A DNA stretch of 64,000 nucleotides from a virus (taxonomy: Duplodnaviria; Caudoviricetes). Below, one piece after another: positions 29,609 to 41,977 of the stretch. The DNA is taken from the IMG/VR virus record IMGVR_UViG_3300026522_000024, positions 32,001 through 96,000 of that record. One strand, 5' to 3'. Positions within the stretch are counted from its first letter, which is position 1, and each line of letters opens with the position of its first letter. A model generated the notes under the pieces. It did no database searches. It had not been told where the DNA came from and saw nothing but the letters and a program-made list of their open reading frames with translations. The position numbers were made by a program, and so were the translations under genes.

Positions 29609-29675
29609 ATATTTAGCTGAGATTTACTATGTGGTTTCTTTACTTATATAAATGTGTTTTATAGGGGGTATCACA

Positions 29676-31034
29676 ATGGTAGATGAAATTAAGGCAGCAT
29701 TTAATGCATTGGATTCAATCGAGGAAGTATCTTCATTGAATTCAAAGCAGGAAATTTTACAGGAAAATGCAGATAATAAGGTGCTAAAGAACCTACTGTA
29801 TTTAGCATACAATCCTTATCTTCAGTTTTATATCAAGAAAATCCCTGTTTCTATTGACTCTTGCACTAATAATGAAGTGCTTCCTGTAAGATACCAAGAA
29901 TTTTTGGATATGCTAGTAGACTTTAGCAAGCGTAGAGTAACTGGTAATGAAGCTATCAATGAATTGTCTGTATTCCTGTCTGGATGTAATCCTGAAGAAT
30001 ACAAGTGGTATACCAGAGTTATCGGTAAGGACTTGTGTATAGGTTTGGCTGATAAGGGTATCAATAAGGCATTCAAAGGACTCATTCCTACGTATGAAGT
30101 ACTATTAGCTGACAAGATAGCACCTGAAGACCTGGGACTTAATACACCTAAAGCATTGAAGCAGCTGCCAGACAATATAGTCACTCAGTACAAAATAGAT
30201 GGATATAGACTTAACATACACCACTTGGAGTCTGGTGAGGTTATTATCCGTACTAGGAATGGTAAGTATGTTAAGGGGTACAAAGACCTTGAAAAATCTG
30301 CTACTAAGCTACCTAGAGGATTTGTGTATGATGGAGAAATAGTAGCACCTGAGTTGTTTGATTGGATTCAGAGTAATGTGAAGTCTCACTCTAATGAGGT
30401 TATAGCCAATAGAGATTTGTTCTCTGAGGTAATGAGTCATGCCTTCTCTAAGGAGGACAACAAGAAGGGAATTTTCAATGTCTTTGATATGATTCCTATT
30501 GACGAGTGGGTTGTTAGGAAGTCTACCCAGACCTATGAAGAAAGACTGAATAACCTCAATAAAATGGTAAAGCCATTAGAACTGAAAGACATAATGGTAG
30601 TGCCTACTTCCAGAGTGTATCATAAGTCTAATCCAGATGACCTGAAGGAAATAGTAGAACAATTCCATCAGTTTGTAAACATTGGCTGGGAAGGACTTAT
30701 GGTAAAAGATGCTGACTCCTACTATGAGTGGAAGCGTAGCAAAAGCCTGTTAAAGATGAAACTCATGGACACTATAGATTTAGTAGTTACTGATGTCTAT
30801 GAGGGTACGGGAAAGTATGAAGGAATGATGGGTGGTGTATACTGCGATTATAAAGGCTATCAGCTGGGTGTTGGCAGTGGTTGGAATGACTCAGACAGAA
30901 AGACTTACTGGGACAATAAGAATAACATTGTAGGTAAGACTATAGAGGTAGCATACCAGGCTGAGACTAAGAATAAAAATGGTGGCTTATCACTGAGTTT
31001 TCCAGTATTTAAGTCTATCCGTATAGACAAATGA
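29676..31034 (+). CDS. ATP-dependent DNA ligase
   Basis: KIDGYR adenylation motif, DGEI, FDMI, EGLMVK, LKMK, VGSG, SFPVF. Confidence 0.93.
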   Translation: MVDEIKAAFNALDSIEEVSSLNSKQEILQENADNKVLKNLLYLAYNPYLQFYIKKIPVSIDSCTNNEVLPVRYQEFLDMLVDFSKRRVTGNEAINELSVFLSGCNPEEYKWYTRVIGKDLCIGLADKGINKAFKGLIPTYEVLLADKIAPEDLGLNTPKALKQLPDNIVTQYKIDGYRLNIHHLESGEVIIRTRNGKYVKGYKDLEKSATKLPRGFVYDGEIVAPELFDWIQSNVKSHSNEVIANRDLFSEVMSHAFSKEDNKKGIFNVFDMIPIDEWVVRKSTQTYEERLNNLNKMVKPLELKDIMVVPTSRVYHKSNPDDLKEIVEQFHQFVNIGWEGLMVKDADSYYEWKRSKSLLKMKLMDTIDLVVTDVYEGTGKYEGMMGGVYCDYKGYQLGVGSGWNDSDRKTYWDNKNNIVGKTIEVAYQAETKNKNGGLSLSFPVFKSIRIDK

Positions 31035-31047
31035 TGAGGATAGAACA

Positions 31048-31341
31048 ATGGAAAATGTAGTGAAAAAACGCAAGAGAAGTGTAAAACTAACTAAGGAAAA
31101 ATCTTTAGAGTTACAGAACAACATAAAAAGTCAAATAACTGAACACATGGGAAAATACGCTATTCTCTTAGAAAAGACTAGCAGAAATGTATTTTCCCAT
31201 TTCGTACTGATAACACACAGTGGAGGTAAGGAAGCATTTTATGACGAGAATGGCAATTTTAGATGCTATCTTACCAGACCTATTGACCCTATTAGAATAA
31301 TGACAGGTGAACAGTCTATTGTTTACCTAGACCAGATATAA
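31048..31341 (+). CDS. Hypothetical protein
   Basis: ORF with RBS. Confidence 0.6.
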   Translation: MENVVKKRKRSVKLTKEKSLELQNNIKSQITEHMGKYAILLEKTSRNVFSHFVLITHSGGKEAFYDENGNFRCYLTRPIDPIRIMTGEQSIVYLDQI

Positions 31342-31345
31342 AGGG

Positions 31346-32026
31346 GTGAATCCTTTGAGAAAATCCATAACTAAGATTAAGAGACACCCTATAACCACCA
31401 AAGTCATCCGAAAACCCATACTAGCATTCAATAGACGCAATGCTGAGATGAATCCTAAATTTCTTGATAAGGAAGTACTGTTAGAGAGATTTTCCCCATT
31501 AATACAATCTATGTACAGATACTTCTGTTCCTATGATGGAATGTTTAATCAGCAAATGGATTCTCAGGACTTGTATAGTCAGATTCAGTCAGAATTCATA
31601 GAACTTACACATAAGTATGACCCACGTAGGGGTGTAGATTTTACAGGGTATATCAAGTTTCACCTAAGACAAAGAGTATACCACTGGGTGATGAAAACCC
31701 AAAAAGTACAAAATACTGAACAAGTGCTTGTTCAATACGATAGTGATGATACTATGGATATGGATGACCTAGTATCATATGAGGACAAGAAAGATACCTA
31801 TACGGAACACGAATTAGTTAGGGCTGAAGGAATAGCCAGTATACCATGGGATAAAATCCAGGATAAAGAACACATAGAACTCATAAATGAAATTCTTATA
31901 AAACGTCATTCTATAGAGGATATAGCAAAGAGCAGGAAAACATCTGTAAGGGCAGTTACTACTCAGTTTGAGGAATTATGTCAGTTGATATATAACATAC
32001 AGGTTAATGGTGATAAAGTTGATTAA
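31346..32026 (+). CDS. Second phage sigma-factor-like protein
   Basis: LLERFSPLI, QDLYSQ, KYDPRRGVDFTGYIK (region 2); SIEDIAK...SVRAV HTH. Confidence 0.8.
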   Translation: MNPLRKSITKIKRHPITTKVIRKPILAFNRRNAEMNPKFLDKEVLLERFSPLIQSMYRYFCSYDGMFNQQMDSQDLYSQIQSEFIELTHKYDPRRGVDFTGYIKFHLRQRVYHWVMKTQKVQNTEQVLVQYDSDDTMDMDDLVSYEDKKDTYTEHELVRAEGIASIPWDKIQDKEHIELINEILIKRHSIEDIAKSRKTSVRAVTTQFEELCQLIYNIQVNGDKVD

Positions 32027-34836
32027 GGATTTGGAAGAAGCAAATAATTTGATAGAGAAATACTGTACGGTATGCGATTCCACTAATGTTTCAGTTAGAT
32101 TTGCTAAGTATAAATGGTATTATGTAGGCTGCTTAGACTGCTGGAACAAGATGGAGTGCGATGAGGCTAATTTGGAGTACGCCATAGAATTATGGAATGA
32201 GATGGTTATAAAATGCAAAAAGCTGAAAAATATGATGTAGTTACTACGTTGGCTGCTAAATATCACTTTTCCAAGGAAGATTATCAGATGCTGAATGATG
32301 CTATTGATAACGAAATCAAGGAAGCACTCACCAATCAGCGTAAAGAAATCATAAGTATTCTTGAGGACTTGGCTAAGAAGGAGAAAAAGTGATGAATGCC
32401 CCCATAGTATTTAAGTGGGATAAACACAAGAAACTATGGAACCATATGAAGAAAAATTATGACCTAACAAGGAGGGTTGGTCTTGTTCAAGCTAAAGAGA
32501 TTATTCGCAGTAAGTATCTTGGTGATAATAGGACTATACCTAATAGCTGTTACGCTTGTGAGTACGCATTTCTTTATTCTGAGCACCATTCTGATGCTCA
32601 CAAGTGTTTCTACTGTCCAGTAAAGGTTGATAAATGTAGTAGAATGGATAGTTGGATGGCTCAACTAACATATGCAATTCAGGAGGATAATAAGCAGGAA
32701 TATGTAAGGCTGTGTGAGTACATGGAAAACATAGAGGTGAAGGAGGGTGTTCCTTGTGGAGAGTAGATTGAATAGGTGGATGAGAAATAACAGGGAAATA
32801 ATGACTTGGATAAAAGTCATATTCGTAATAGCGATTTCAATATTGATGTGTGGGTGATATAAATGGAAAGAGAGCAAAAAGACCTACTGATTAAGGTAGA
32901 TAATGCCATAACATTTTTAGACAGTTTAGTATTTCTACATAAGTCTAAAGAACAGGATGACTTGTCTGAAATGACTAAGATGATAGATGGAGCAGCAGAG
33001 GTAGTGAAAGAGTTAAGGCAGTCTTGGCTTATATCTATAGGAGAGCCACAAGAGATAAGTAAAGAAACCATGGAAAAGATAATGACTGCTGTAGCTGGAG
33101 AGTAATACATCAGCAAATTGATAACAACAATTTATAGGAGGTAAAACATGGATATAGTGAAAACTGCTATAGCTAAGCTGAGTGAGGGTGATGTCAGAAT
33201 TGCTCATCATCATGATGTACTGTTGGAGAACTGTGAAAAATTAGTAGAGCATCAGGCAGAGATTATCAGTGTCTACAATCAGAAGGTTGGACGCACCACT
33301 TATGATAGAGTACATGGCAAACCAGATAGAGATTAACAAGAGCCTACTTATAATGCTCAAGAATTACCGTAATAGGGACATGAATGGAGTGAGGTAAATG
33401 CAGCTATTCAAGGTAGACCATGTAGCCTGTTACATCTGTGGTAAGACAGGTCAGGACTCAGACGTAAAGATGCTGGACTGGCAACCCAAAAATAATGGTG
33501 ATAGATTTGGTCCATACAGAACTCCACTTTTACAGGTTGCCTTATGTAAGGATTGCAGAAAAGAGTTATCTCAGACTATTTCAGAGGGGCGAGCATAAAT
33601 GTGTTACGGTATGAACTGCCTATTTGAAGCAACCTCTGGATGTAACATAGGAACTTGTACAGCAGACTTTGACTTAGTAGACAAGTTTATTAAGGATAAA
33701 AACCTAACTAATATCACTAAGTGCTTCATAGGTGGTGGAGAGTTAGTCACTTATGAGGCTACTGATGACGACTGTAAGAAGTCCATGAGCTTGTGGAACC
33801 AGCTAAAGGAATACGGAAAACACCATTATGGAGGAACAATATCAAAGATATAGCCAACAGGAGGTCTGAGTAATGGCAAAATGCATAGAATGTGAAAACG
33901 CATTAATTGGTAGAAGCCATATTGTAAAGCCGATTAGCTCAACGCAGAGAATGGTTTCAGATTGGACTATTGATGCAGGTGTAATCGAAAGACCAGTATT
34001 TACAGTGAAATAGATTGCTCAGATTATAGGAGGATTGACGATGAAACTGGAAGAAGCAATTAAGCATTGCGAAGAAGTCGCAGATTCAAAATGTGACGCT
34101 TGCGGAGCAGAACATAGACAACTTGCAGAATGGCTAAAAGAACTGAAAGAGCGCAGAAATGGTGGCTCGTACAATTCTAACGCGAGAAAAGATTTCATGG
34201 GCATTGTTTATGACGAATTAAGTGATGATGCAGATAATCACAGAGCGAACAGAATCATAGACGCAGCAGATGCGTATGCATACAGTTTCAAGGACACTAT
34301 GGAGGAACAGTAAATGGATAGACATCCAATTATAACAGAGAATCTAAATGTAGTAATGGTACAGAATGCTACAACATTTACTGACCTTATTCCAGACTAC
34401 CAGTTTCAATTTCAGAACGTACCTCCATCAGAGGAAGCAGAGAGCATGTTCTCTTCACTGGTAGATTTTATACAGACAAATGAGGAAATGGCAGTAATGA
34501 ACATAGAAACTAAGGACGAATATGTAAAGGGATTCAAGCGTGCCTTAGCACTAACTAGACTGTGGATGAACAGTTTATACTTGGAAGGAGATAAAACTAA
34601 TGATAATCTTGGCTCATGATACTATTGTTAACTTTGATGATATATCTACTATTTATGTTTCCTACAAGAAAACTCACTACATGATTATAGCTAGGCTGAA
34701 AGACGGAACAGAGTGGACGCTGCTAGACTCAGACTGGATAAGCACAATTGTAGAACCAAATAAGCTGCTGAACGATATAGCCAGTGCTTACAGTAAGAAA
34801 ATGGAAGTATATAACCTGTCAGCCAGAGAAATATAA
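32007..34836 (+). other. Belt of about 12 small hypothetical ORFs, several with CxxC Zn ribbons
   Basis: Closely packed ORFs with RBSs (e.g. 32007, 32389, 32863, 33148, 33398, 33599, 34035, 34314, 34600). Confidence 0.65.
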
Positions 34837-35100
34837 TCCTGTCTCCTTCTGTTTAATCCCTAAAACTGACGACAATTTGTTCCAGTTTAGATATTACATA
34901 AGTAACGTGGGTACAATGGAAGTGGAAGATAATAAAAATAAATTTATCTTCTACTAGTTTATTTACAGTTAAAATAGGGGTATTTGCTTCCAAATTTTCC
35001 TTGGTAAAACCTGATTGTAAATTTCCCATTGAACACTTGAATATAAAAATCCCACTGAGGTAATAAGTAAACTGGTATAAAAGTATAGGCAGGGATAAGC

Positions 35101-35826
35101 ATGGCAGAAATAGAAAGAACACCAATACGTAAAAATAACAAGGTGGTACTTCCTAGAGTATCACCCAAACTTATTGAACTATGTAAATGGAAAAAGATAG
35201 ACCAAGTAAACCAGATGTTGGACGAAGGAGAATCACCAGGTCAGGTACACAAGTGGATAGTAAAACATGGCTTCAAGATAAGCCATCCGCTGATATATGA
35301 ATACGCTAAAATGCGTAGGAAGTGCCTTGTGGACGGCATATCAATTGACCACATGGTAGGAATAGCAGGAAAACCTCTATTCAATAAGAATGATGTCCTG
35401 ACTCAGTCTTCACACGATAAACTTAAATCAGAAATTGATGCCCTAGATTTACTGATTCAGGGAGGATATAAAACCCTACAGGAGTGGGCAGACCGACCAA
35501 TCACACCAGCCGTAATGATGGCTGCTATAAAGCTAAAGAATGACCTGACAGATGGAAATCATGGATTCCTCACTAACTTTGGTATGGAACACCTCAGAGA
35601 CATTGAGAACACTAAATACAGTCTTATAATTGACCACCTGATTTCTTATATTCCAGAAGATAAACGCAAGGAAGCAGTGTCTAAGATAGCTCAGATTGAG
35701 GATTCTTACTACCAGACCACTGAGTACTATGAAGAGTATCTAAGGGCTTCAGGTGAGTACTCAGAGGAAGAAATACAGAAGAAAGTGGAAAAGTGGTTGA
35801 AGGAACGCCACACTACAGCTGTGTAA
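35101..35826 (+). CDS. Hypothetical protein with N-terminal HTH-like segment
   Basis: 241 aa; QMLDEGESPGQVHKWI. Confidence 0.7.
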   Translation: MAEIERTPIRKNNKVVLPRVSPKLIELCKWKKIDQVNQMLDEGESPGQVHKWIVKHGFKISHPLIYEYAKMRRKCLVDGISIDHMVGIAGKPLFNKNDVLTQSSHDKLKSEIDALDLLIQGGYKTLQEWADRPITPAVMMAAIKLKNDLTDGNHGFLTNFGMEHLRDIENTKYSLIIDHLISYIPEDKRKEAVSKIAQIEDSYYQTTEYYEEYLRASGEYSEEEIQKKVEKWLKERHTTAV

Positions 35827-35848
35827 TTCTAGGGAGGGCAAAAATAAA

Positions 35849-36172
35849 ATGGAGAACAACAATATGATAGACGATAGAGTACTGGACAATGGAAGGCTCA
35901 GAGTGGGAGATATAGTACAACACTTCAAGCGTGAATTCCTCTCACCAGATGAACATGGAACACCCAAGTACTTGTATGTAATTGTAGCTATAGCGTACCA
36001 CAGTGAAAGTGGTGAGCCTTTGGTAGTTTATAAAGCCTTGTACGGAAACCATAAAATCTGTGCTAGACCTTTGGAAATGTTCATATCAGAGGTAGACCAC
36101 GACAAGTATCCAGGAGTTAAGCAGCTTCACCGCTTTGAACGGTTGTCTGTAAACTATGGTAAGGAGATATAA
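35849..36172 (+). CDS. DUF1653-family protein
   Basis: QHFK...AYHSESGEPLVVYKALY...ARPLEMFISEVD..KYP. Confidence 0.85.
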   Translation: MENNNMIDDRVLDNGRLRVGDIVQHFKREFLSPDEHGTPKYLYVIVAIAYHSESGEPLVVYKALYGNHKICARPLEMFISEVDHDKYPGVKQLHRFERLSVNYGKEI

Positions 36173-36561
36173 GATGAACAAAGTACAAATAACTCTGCCT
36201 GGTGTAATAAACCATATGGAGAACAACCTAAAACAGCCTAACGTGATTCCTGCCAATGTAAGAGAACAGTACATTCAGATAAAGGAATGGCTGAAAGAAC
36301 TTCACCAGCGTAGAGAGGTAGACCGTGCTAACGCACAACTGGCTAAGATACAGGGAAGGGATATGTAATATGAAACACCCTAAAAGACAACCACCAGCAC
36401 ACCGTAAAAGACCGATAGGTAAAAATGAAGGGCAATCAATTTCCCACACTCCTAAAGGAGAAAAGGAATATCAGTCTTACCTAGATGAACTAATAGAAAA
36501 ACCTACAAAGGAACATAAAGGAAGCAAATAATCACCCTACCATACAGGAGGGTAATCAATT

Positions 36562-36936
36562 ATGAGCACAGAATCAGTAATTCAAGAAATCTTACAGGAA
36601 AGACAAAATCAGATTGAACGTGGGTATGATACTCAGTTCAATAGCCAGTGGAACATGGAGCAGCTAACTATGGCAGCTGCCTACTACTCTATTCCTTCTA
36701 AGATGAGAGGTAACTACGAAGGACTGTGGCCATGGAATAAGGAAAAGTTTACCCCAGAGATAGGTTGCTCAGGCAGGAGACATGAATTAGTAAAGGCTGC
36801 TGCTCTGTTGATAGCTGAACTGGAACGTACAGATAAGAAAATAGCATATGAAATAACAGAAATGCATCCAGACAATAAGGAGGAACGTACAGATGAGAGT
36901 ATTGGTAAAGACCGTGAATGCGTTGACTGTTTCTGA
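36562..36936 (+). CDS. Conserved phage hypothetical protein
   Basis: ERQNQI...WPW...RRHELVKAAALLIAELER. Confidence 0.7.
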   Translation: MSTESVIQEILQERQNQIERGYDTQFNSQWNMEQLTMAAAYYSIPSKMRGNYEGLWPWNKEKFTPEIGCSGRRHELVKAAALLIAELERTDKKIAYEITEMHPDNKEERTDESIGKDRECVDCF

Positions 36937-37422
36937 GTTGAAAAAGGTTAGAGACATAATGAGGAACTCTAAGTCACCTAACCAAGAACTCAAAGCTGTA
37001 TTCCCAAACAGATACGTAGGAATGGAAAAGACCAATAAGAAGCAAGAGACAGTATGGATGGATAACAGAGTAGGCATCCAGCACTCCTATACTGTAGAAG
37101 CATAAGGAGAAAACCATGGATAAAAATACCTATGATAACATACAGAACGAAATAAGTACCCTGCAACATAGGCTGCTGTTTTCTCGATAGTACAGACCTT
37201 TATAACTGATGATAAAGACACAGTTATAGCAGGTAAGATTGCTGGCAGTATCATCTGCTGCTTGGAGCAGTATAAGGAAGAACTGAAAAAGCAGTACAAT
37301 CAGATATAACACCAGCCGCATATATAACCTACATAGGATTGCTGTAAAAAATCCTATGTAGGTTATTTTATTATGTAAGCTGAATTAGTATGACACCCAG
37401 GAGGTGATGTAGCATTGAGCTG

Positions 37423-37470
37423 TATGAGCCATATGAGCCGTATGAGCCGTATGAGCCGTATGAGCCGTAT
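37423..37470 (+). repeat. 9-bp tandem repeat (TATGAGCCR)x5
   Basis: Encodes MSH-MSR-MSR-MSR-MSR at the start of ORF 37415-37603. Confidence 0.9.
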
Positions 37471-37708
37471 GGGTGGTGAAGTAGACATAAGGAAGGTAAG
37501 AGAGCACTATGAGGTTTACATAGGTGGAAATTTTATTTTCTCAGCAGACACCTATTTAGAAGCTCAACATGAGCTAAAGGAATACACAAAGGAGGAGTCC
37601 TAAATGATTTGGGTAGCAAGAAAATTCATCGAAGTGTAAAAGCACGGGCAAGGCAAAACAAAATGCCTTGCCTTTGCTATTACTATATTGATGAAAGGAG
37701 ATTCCAAA

Positions 37709-38503
37709 ATGAAGTATGAAAACATCACTTGTGAAGTAATGATGAGTGCAGTAGAAATGACTAAGCACATGGCTTTTATTATGAAAGGAGCAAATGACGT
37801 GAATAAGTATAGCGAGCATCAGCGCATAATTGTATTGGATGGCGAACACAAAGGTAAGTTGGGTAACGTAGTAACCTGCCTCCATTTGGGACTGCCTACC
37901 ATCTACATCGTAAGAGTAGATGGAGTTGGTAGCATCCAGTTTAGTGATAAGCAGATTCGTCCTGTTAAGGCTAAAGACTTCCAGGTAGGTGATAAGGTAG
38001 TAGCTGAACGCCTTGGACATGTAGTTGTAAAAGAAATTTATGAGGATTTTGTAAGAGTACAAGAATCTGACGGCAGGTTCTTTGATGTTCTTCCTACGGC
38101 ATTGTGCTTTGATGCAGGATACAAGAGGCAGAATACAGAACATAAGGACAAAAATAGTGGATTCCAGCCTAGGATTGTTGTAAGTACTAATAGCGATGGC
38201 AAAATGATAGTCTGCCGTCTGGACACTAATCCAGATGATTTTGTACTGGTAGACTACACTGAGGAAACTTTTAAGGAGGACATCATCAAGGCAGTAGACC
38301 AGCTGCTTAGCGTATGGCCAACTAATGGTGATACTTTCTACTTTGTAAAGCTGCACGATGGTGATGTGAAAGTAGTAAAGGGAGTTTTCAACCCAGAAGG
38401 AAAGATGTCTCAGTCCTGCGTTGCTATGGGTAACATCTATCGTACTGAGGAAGAAGCCAAGGCAGCAGCAATCAGAGTACAAGCAGCAATCTGCGGTGAG
38501 TAA
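37709..38503 (+). CDS. Hypothetical protein with SH3/KOW-like segments
   Basis: RBS AAGGAG; IVLDGEHKGKLGNV and FQVGDKV. Confidence 0.65.
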   Translation: MKYENITCEVMMSAVEMTKHMAFIMKGANDVNKYSEHQRIIVLDGEHKGKLGNVVTCLHLGLPTIYIVRVDGVGSIQFSDKQIRPVKAKDFQVGDKVVAERLGHVVVKEIYEDFVRVQESDGRFFDVLPTALCFDAGYKRQNTEHKDKNSGFQPRIVVSTNSDGKMIVCRLDTNPDDFVLVDYTEETFKEDIIKAVDQLLSVWPTNGDTFYFVKLHDGDVKVVKGVFNPEGKMSQSCVAMGNIYRTEEEAKAAAIRVQAAICGE

Positions 38504-39849
38504 CAGTTAAGGAAGCAAGGGCAGGTGACGTACTACCTGCCCTTGTATTATATAGGAAGGTAGCATATGGAACTTGAAGGAAAGCTAATGACTGATAACT
38601 TAGCTCATTTAGAATCAGGTCATTATACAGCTAGAAATGAAGATGGAAAGCTCATAAGGATAGAGCGTACAAAAGGTAAAGGCTGGATAGTTAAAACACC
38701 TACTCATCATGGCTGGTGGGAAGTAGTGTTCTATACTGAAGAAGGAGACCAAGAAGGAGTAACATATGAGAAAGAAACCAAGATAACAGAAAAGGAAGTA
38801 GAGGCAGCAGTACATACTATAAAAAGATTCTGCACTCAGCAGACCCAGTGTAAAGGGTGCTATTTTACTAAAAATCTACTTAAAAATTGTTCAGCAAAAG
38901 AACTTATGTACAATGAGTAGGAGGTTAAATATGACTGCACTAGCTAAAACAATAAAAACTCACTTAAATCTATCTATCTTACAGGAATTCAGAATTAGTG
39001 GTTTACAAGAGCACTTTAGATTCTCTGAAGAAGGACTACAGGTATACTATAAGAACAATGGAATCTATGACTGGTGGTTAGTATCTAAGGAAACATCAGT
39101 AGGCAACTTGGGTATTGCGAAAGACTACCAGCTAATAAGCCTAGAAGCACTTTTGATACACCCAGAATGGGTGCTGCCTATAACCTATAAGCCTTCCAAT
39201 GACCAGATTTACTACTGTTGGGGAGATAACCACCAGCTGTACGAATATCCTTGGAGTGGAAGCATGGAAGATTTAGAGCACTATGCTACTGGTAATTGCT
39301 TTTCTTCTAGGGAAGAAGCAGAGGAACAGCTGACTAGCTTAGAGAGCAGGTTGACCAGTATCTATTACACAGAAAAGTACAAGTAGTACTGTACTTATAT
39401 TATATAGTATAACGACAACTTAAGAGGTTATGCTATATGATAGTAAGAGAATTTATAGAGGAAGATGATTTCATCCAGTATCCTTGGTGGGTGAATCTTA
39501 TTCCTATAAGGTGACTGAGAGATAAGGCTAAAGACTGGTGCTGGATTTATAGGAGGTGAATAAGGTGTTGCCTATAGGTTCAGTTAGTAGTTATAACATA
39601 GAACCAGTAGATGCTATTACTAAGACTTCTGATAGGAAACCACACCAGCAGTACTCCCATAGGAAGCAGGATGAGACTGAATCCTTTCAGCAGATGCTCA
39701 ATGAAGCCATGAAGGAAAATAGCCTGAAGACAAATAGATACTATACCAAGTTTCTCAAGGATTTTACAAATAAATAGTGAGTAAAATACATCAGCCCTTC
39801 TTTTATGTTAGAAGGGTTGATTTGTTATTTATAAGGAGGTAAAACCTAT

Positions 39850-40362
39850 ATGGATGCGTTACAACAGAGTTTAGCTGGCATAATTCCCAGTTATTATAAC
39901 AAGAATACCAATACTTATTCGTATTCCACGAATTATGGTACTATTGAGATTGATGGTACTACTAAGCAGGTGAAAAGCTGCTGCATTGGGTTCAGTGATT
40001 ACTCTGTACAGCATGCCAATAAGCGTGTTGTTATCCGTATACTGGGAGACGAATTCTCCATACGTACTGGTACTATTTTTAAGGAAAACACTGAAATGGC
40101 ATCTAAAGGCTATCCATATAAGCTGTCACATTCTGATACTCCTAAAGTAACAGAGGTATTCGATGTACTGTCTAACATCAAGGAAATGACTCAGGGTATA
40201 ATGGCTGTTTTTATTAAGTTGATTCACCTTATGGAAGTCAACGGAAAAGTGACTGAGAACAGCTACGCAATAAAGGAACTGAGACGTAACATGATGCTGT
40301 ATTCTAGGCACATTCTCAGGCATCCAGTAGTTACTCGTAAGCCTATTGTTACTAAATCATAG
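39850..40362 (+). CDS. Hypothetical protein
   Basis: RBS AAGGAGG; C-terminal RHPVV/RKPIV. Confidence 0.7.
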   Translation: MDALQQSLAGIIPSYYNKNTNTYSYSTNYGTIEIDGTTKQVKSCCIGFSDYSVQHANKRVVIRILGDEFSIRTGTIFKENTEMASKGYPYKLSHSDTPKVTEVFDVLSNIKEMTQGIMAVFIKLIHLMEVNGKVTENSYAIKELRRNMMLYSRHILRHPVVTRKPIVTKS

Positions 40363-41133
40363 GGAGGGGGCATATAGGTTAGACATCTGTATTACATGAA
40401 AGGAGAATAACCATGAAATTTGATGTAAAGTTAGACGTAACCATGAGTGGTACGATTGAGGTTGAGGCTAATAGCCCGCAGGAGGCAATGGTAATAGCCT
40501 ACAGCAAGCAGTTTGTACCTAGTGATTTGAGAAATTTCTACTGGGTAGGCAATGATGTAGAGGAAGCAGTACCAACTGAAGAATAAGGAGGAAATCATGG
40601 AAAAGGTAGTAGACATTAATGATAGCCGTAGAAAGAATGTTGCTCTGTTCCTGACTGCTTCGGACATTGTAGAGAGCAGGACTCAGAAGGAACATCAAGA
40701 AGACAAAGAGAAGAAGTATGGACTGCCAGACGGATTCAAATTGATTGGATTCGATGTTGTGAACTAAAGGAAGGTGTAGACATGAGTACAGGAATAAATA
40801 GACTGGATTTTGCTTCACTACTAGAGCAGCTGAATAAAGACGGAATACTGACTGCTTACATCAGCACTTACAATGAGAAGGTATATGCTAGGGGTGTATC
40901 GTTTAATAGCGAGAATAACACTATTGAAATTGAGTTTTCTAGCAGTAAAGAAGAAGCCACCACTGTACAGAGAATTATGGACACCTGTAATGTCATTAAC
41001 GGCAACATCCAGGTCAGGCTTCAGGGATTTGATATGGACTGGGATATAGACCAGCTGGAAGATAAGGTGTATTCTTTTTACAGAAGAGGTAAATTCCATC
41101 TATAATATGAGGTAGACAGAGTAGGAGACATAT

Positions 41134-41427
41134 ATGATATACACCAGCTATTTTGCAAAAATGCGAAAATTCACTAAGGAGCAGCTTGACGCTTGCATTT
41201 GTATCGCTAGATACCAGCCACGTGGCGTTAATTTGCTTAATTACATGGACGTAGCACCTAAAGACCAGATTCTATGGAAGTACAAGCGTGATAAAGACCA
41301 AGAAGCATATACAAAAGCATATAAGAACCAGCTTTTACGCTTGGATGTGCAGATGAAAATTCTCCCATACACAAAGATGGAATATAAAAAAGTGTTGACT
41401 AAATTATTTATCTATGGTAATATATAA
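41134..41427 (+). pseudogene. DUF488-like gene apparently truncated by a downstream insertion
   Basis: MIYTSYFAK...IAR...VAP...Y..QL..LD is DUF488-like but the C-terminal Cys/His motif is missing; the tail reads through a promoter. Confidence 0.5.
41395..41423 (+). promoter_or_regulatory. sigmaA-type promoter
   Basis: TTGACT-17 bp-TAATAT with extended TG. Confidence 0.7.
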
Positions 41428-41470
41428 GCAGAGATAAGGAAATGAATTAAACCAAATGGAGGTAATTATC

Positions 41471-41977
41471 ATGGAAAGCGAAATGAAAGAAATGTACAAC
41501 AAGAGCATGGAAGAACTTTGCAAACTTGCAGATGATTATCGTGTAAAACTTGATACGGTGTCGGACGTGTTTGAAGAACTTTCCGATGATGACAAAATCG
41601 AAATTATCTTCGATTATCTTGATGAACAGGGAGAAAAACGTCCGTTCTCAATGGACAAATTTGATGATGAAATGAGAGGATTTACGCCTAGTGCTATTGC
41701 GATGCGTATCACAGAAGATTTTAATATTCAGGATGAATATTTTTGGTTCAATGGTTATGGGGATGTTGAAAGCGGCGATGCGTATGATGTTATCGACAAA
41801 TTCGCAGATGATGTTTCAATTGATTGGCTGAAAGAGAATTTCAATCGTTATACCGCTTTCAATGATTTTGCAGATGAACTTGATGATATACACGATGTTT
41901 ATGATGATATTGTAATCGATATGGAAGAAGAAGGTATTGACGTTTCAGACATCCCTTCCATTGAAGAAGAAGAGTAA
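41471..41977 (+). CDS. Highly acidic protein, candidate DNA mimic / anti-defence protein
   Basis: About 54 D+E vs about 14 K+R in 168 aa (manual count); DEYFWFNGYG motif. Confidence 0.6.
   Translation: MESEMKEMYNKSMEELCKLADDYRVKLDTVSDVFEELSDDDKIEIIFDYLDEQGEKRPFSMDKFDDEMRGFTPSAIAMRITEDFNIQDEYFWFNGYGDVESGDAYDVIDKFADDVSIDWLKENFNRYTAFNDFADELDDIHDVYDDIVIDMEEEGIDVSDIPSIEEEE

Noticed and set aside
33870-34313. Compositionally distinct patch as a mobile element
   Set aside because: Looks like ordinary phage mosaicism; no terminal repeats or recombinase
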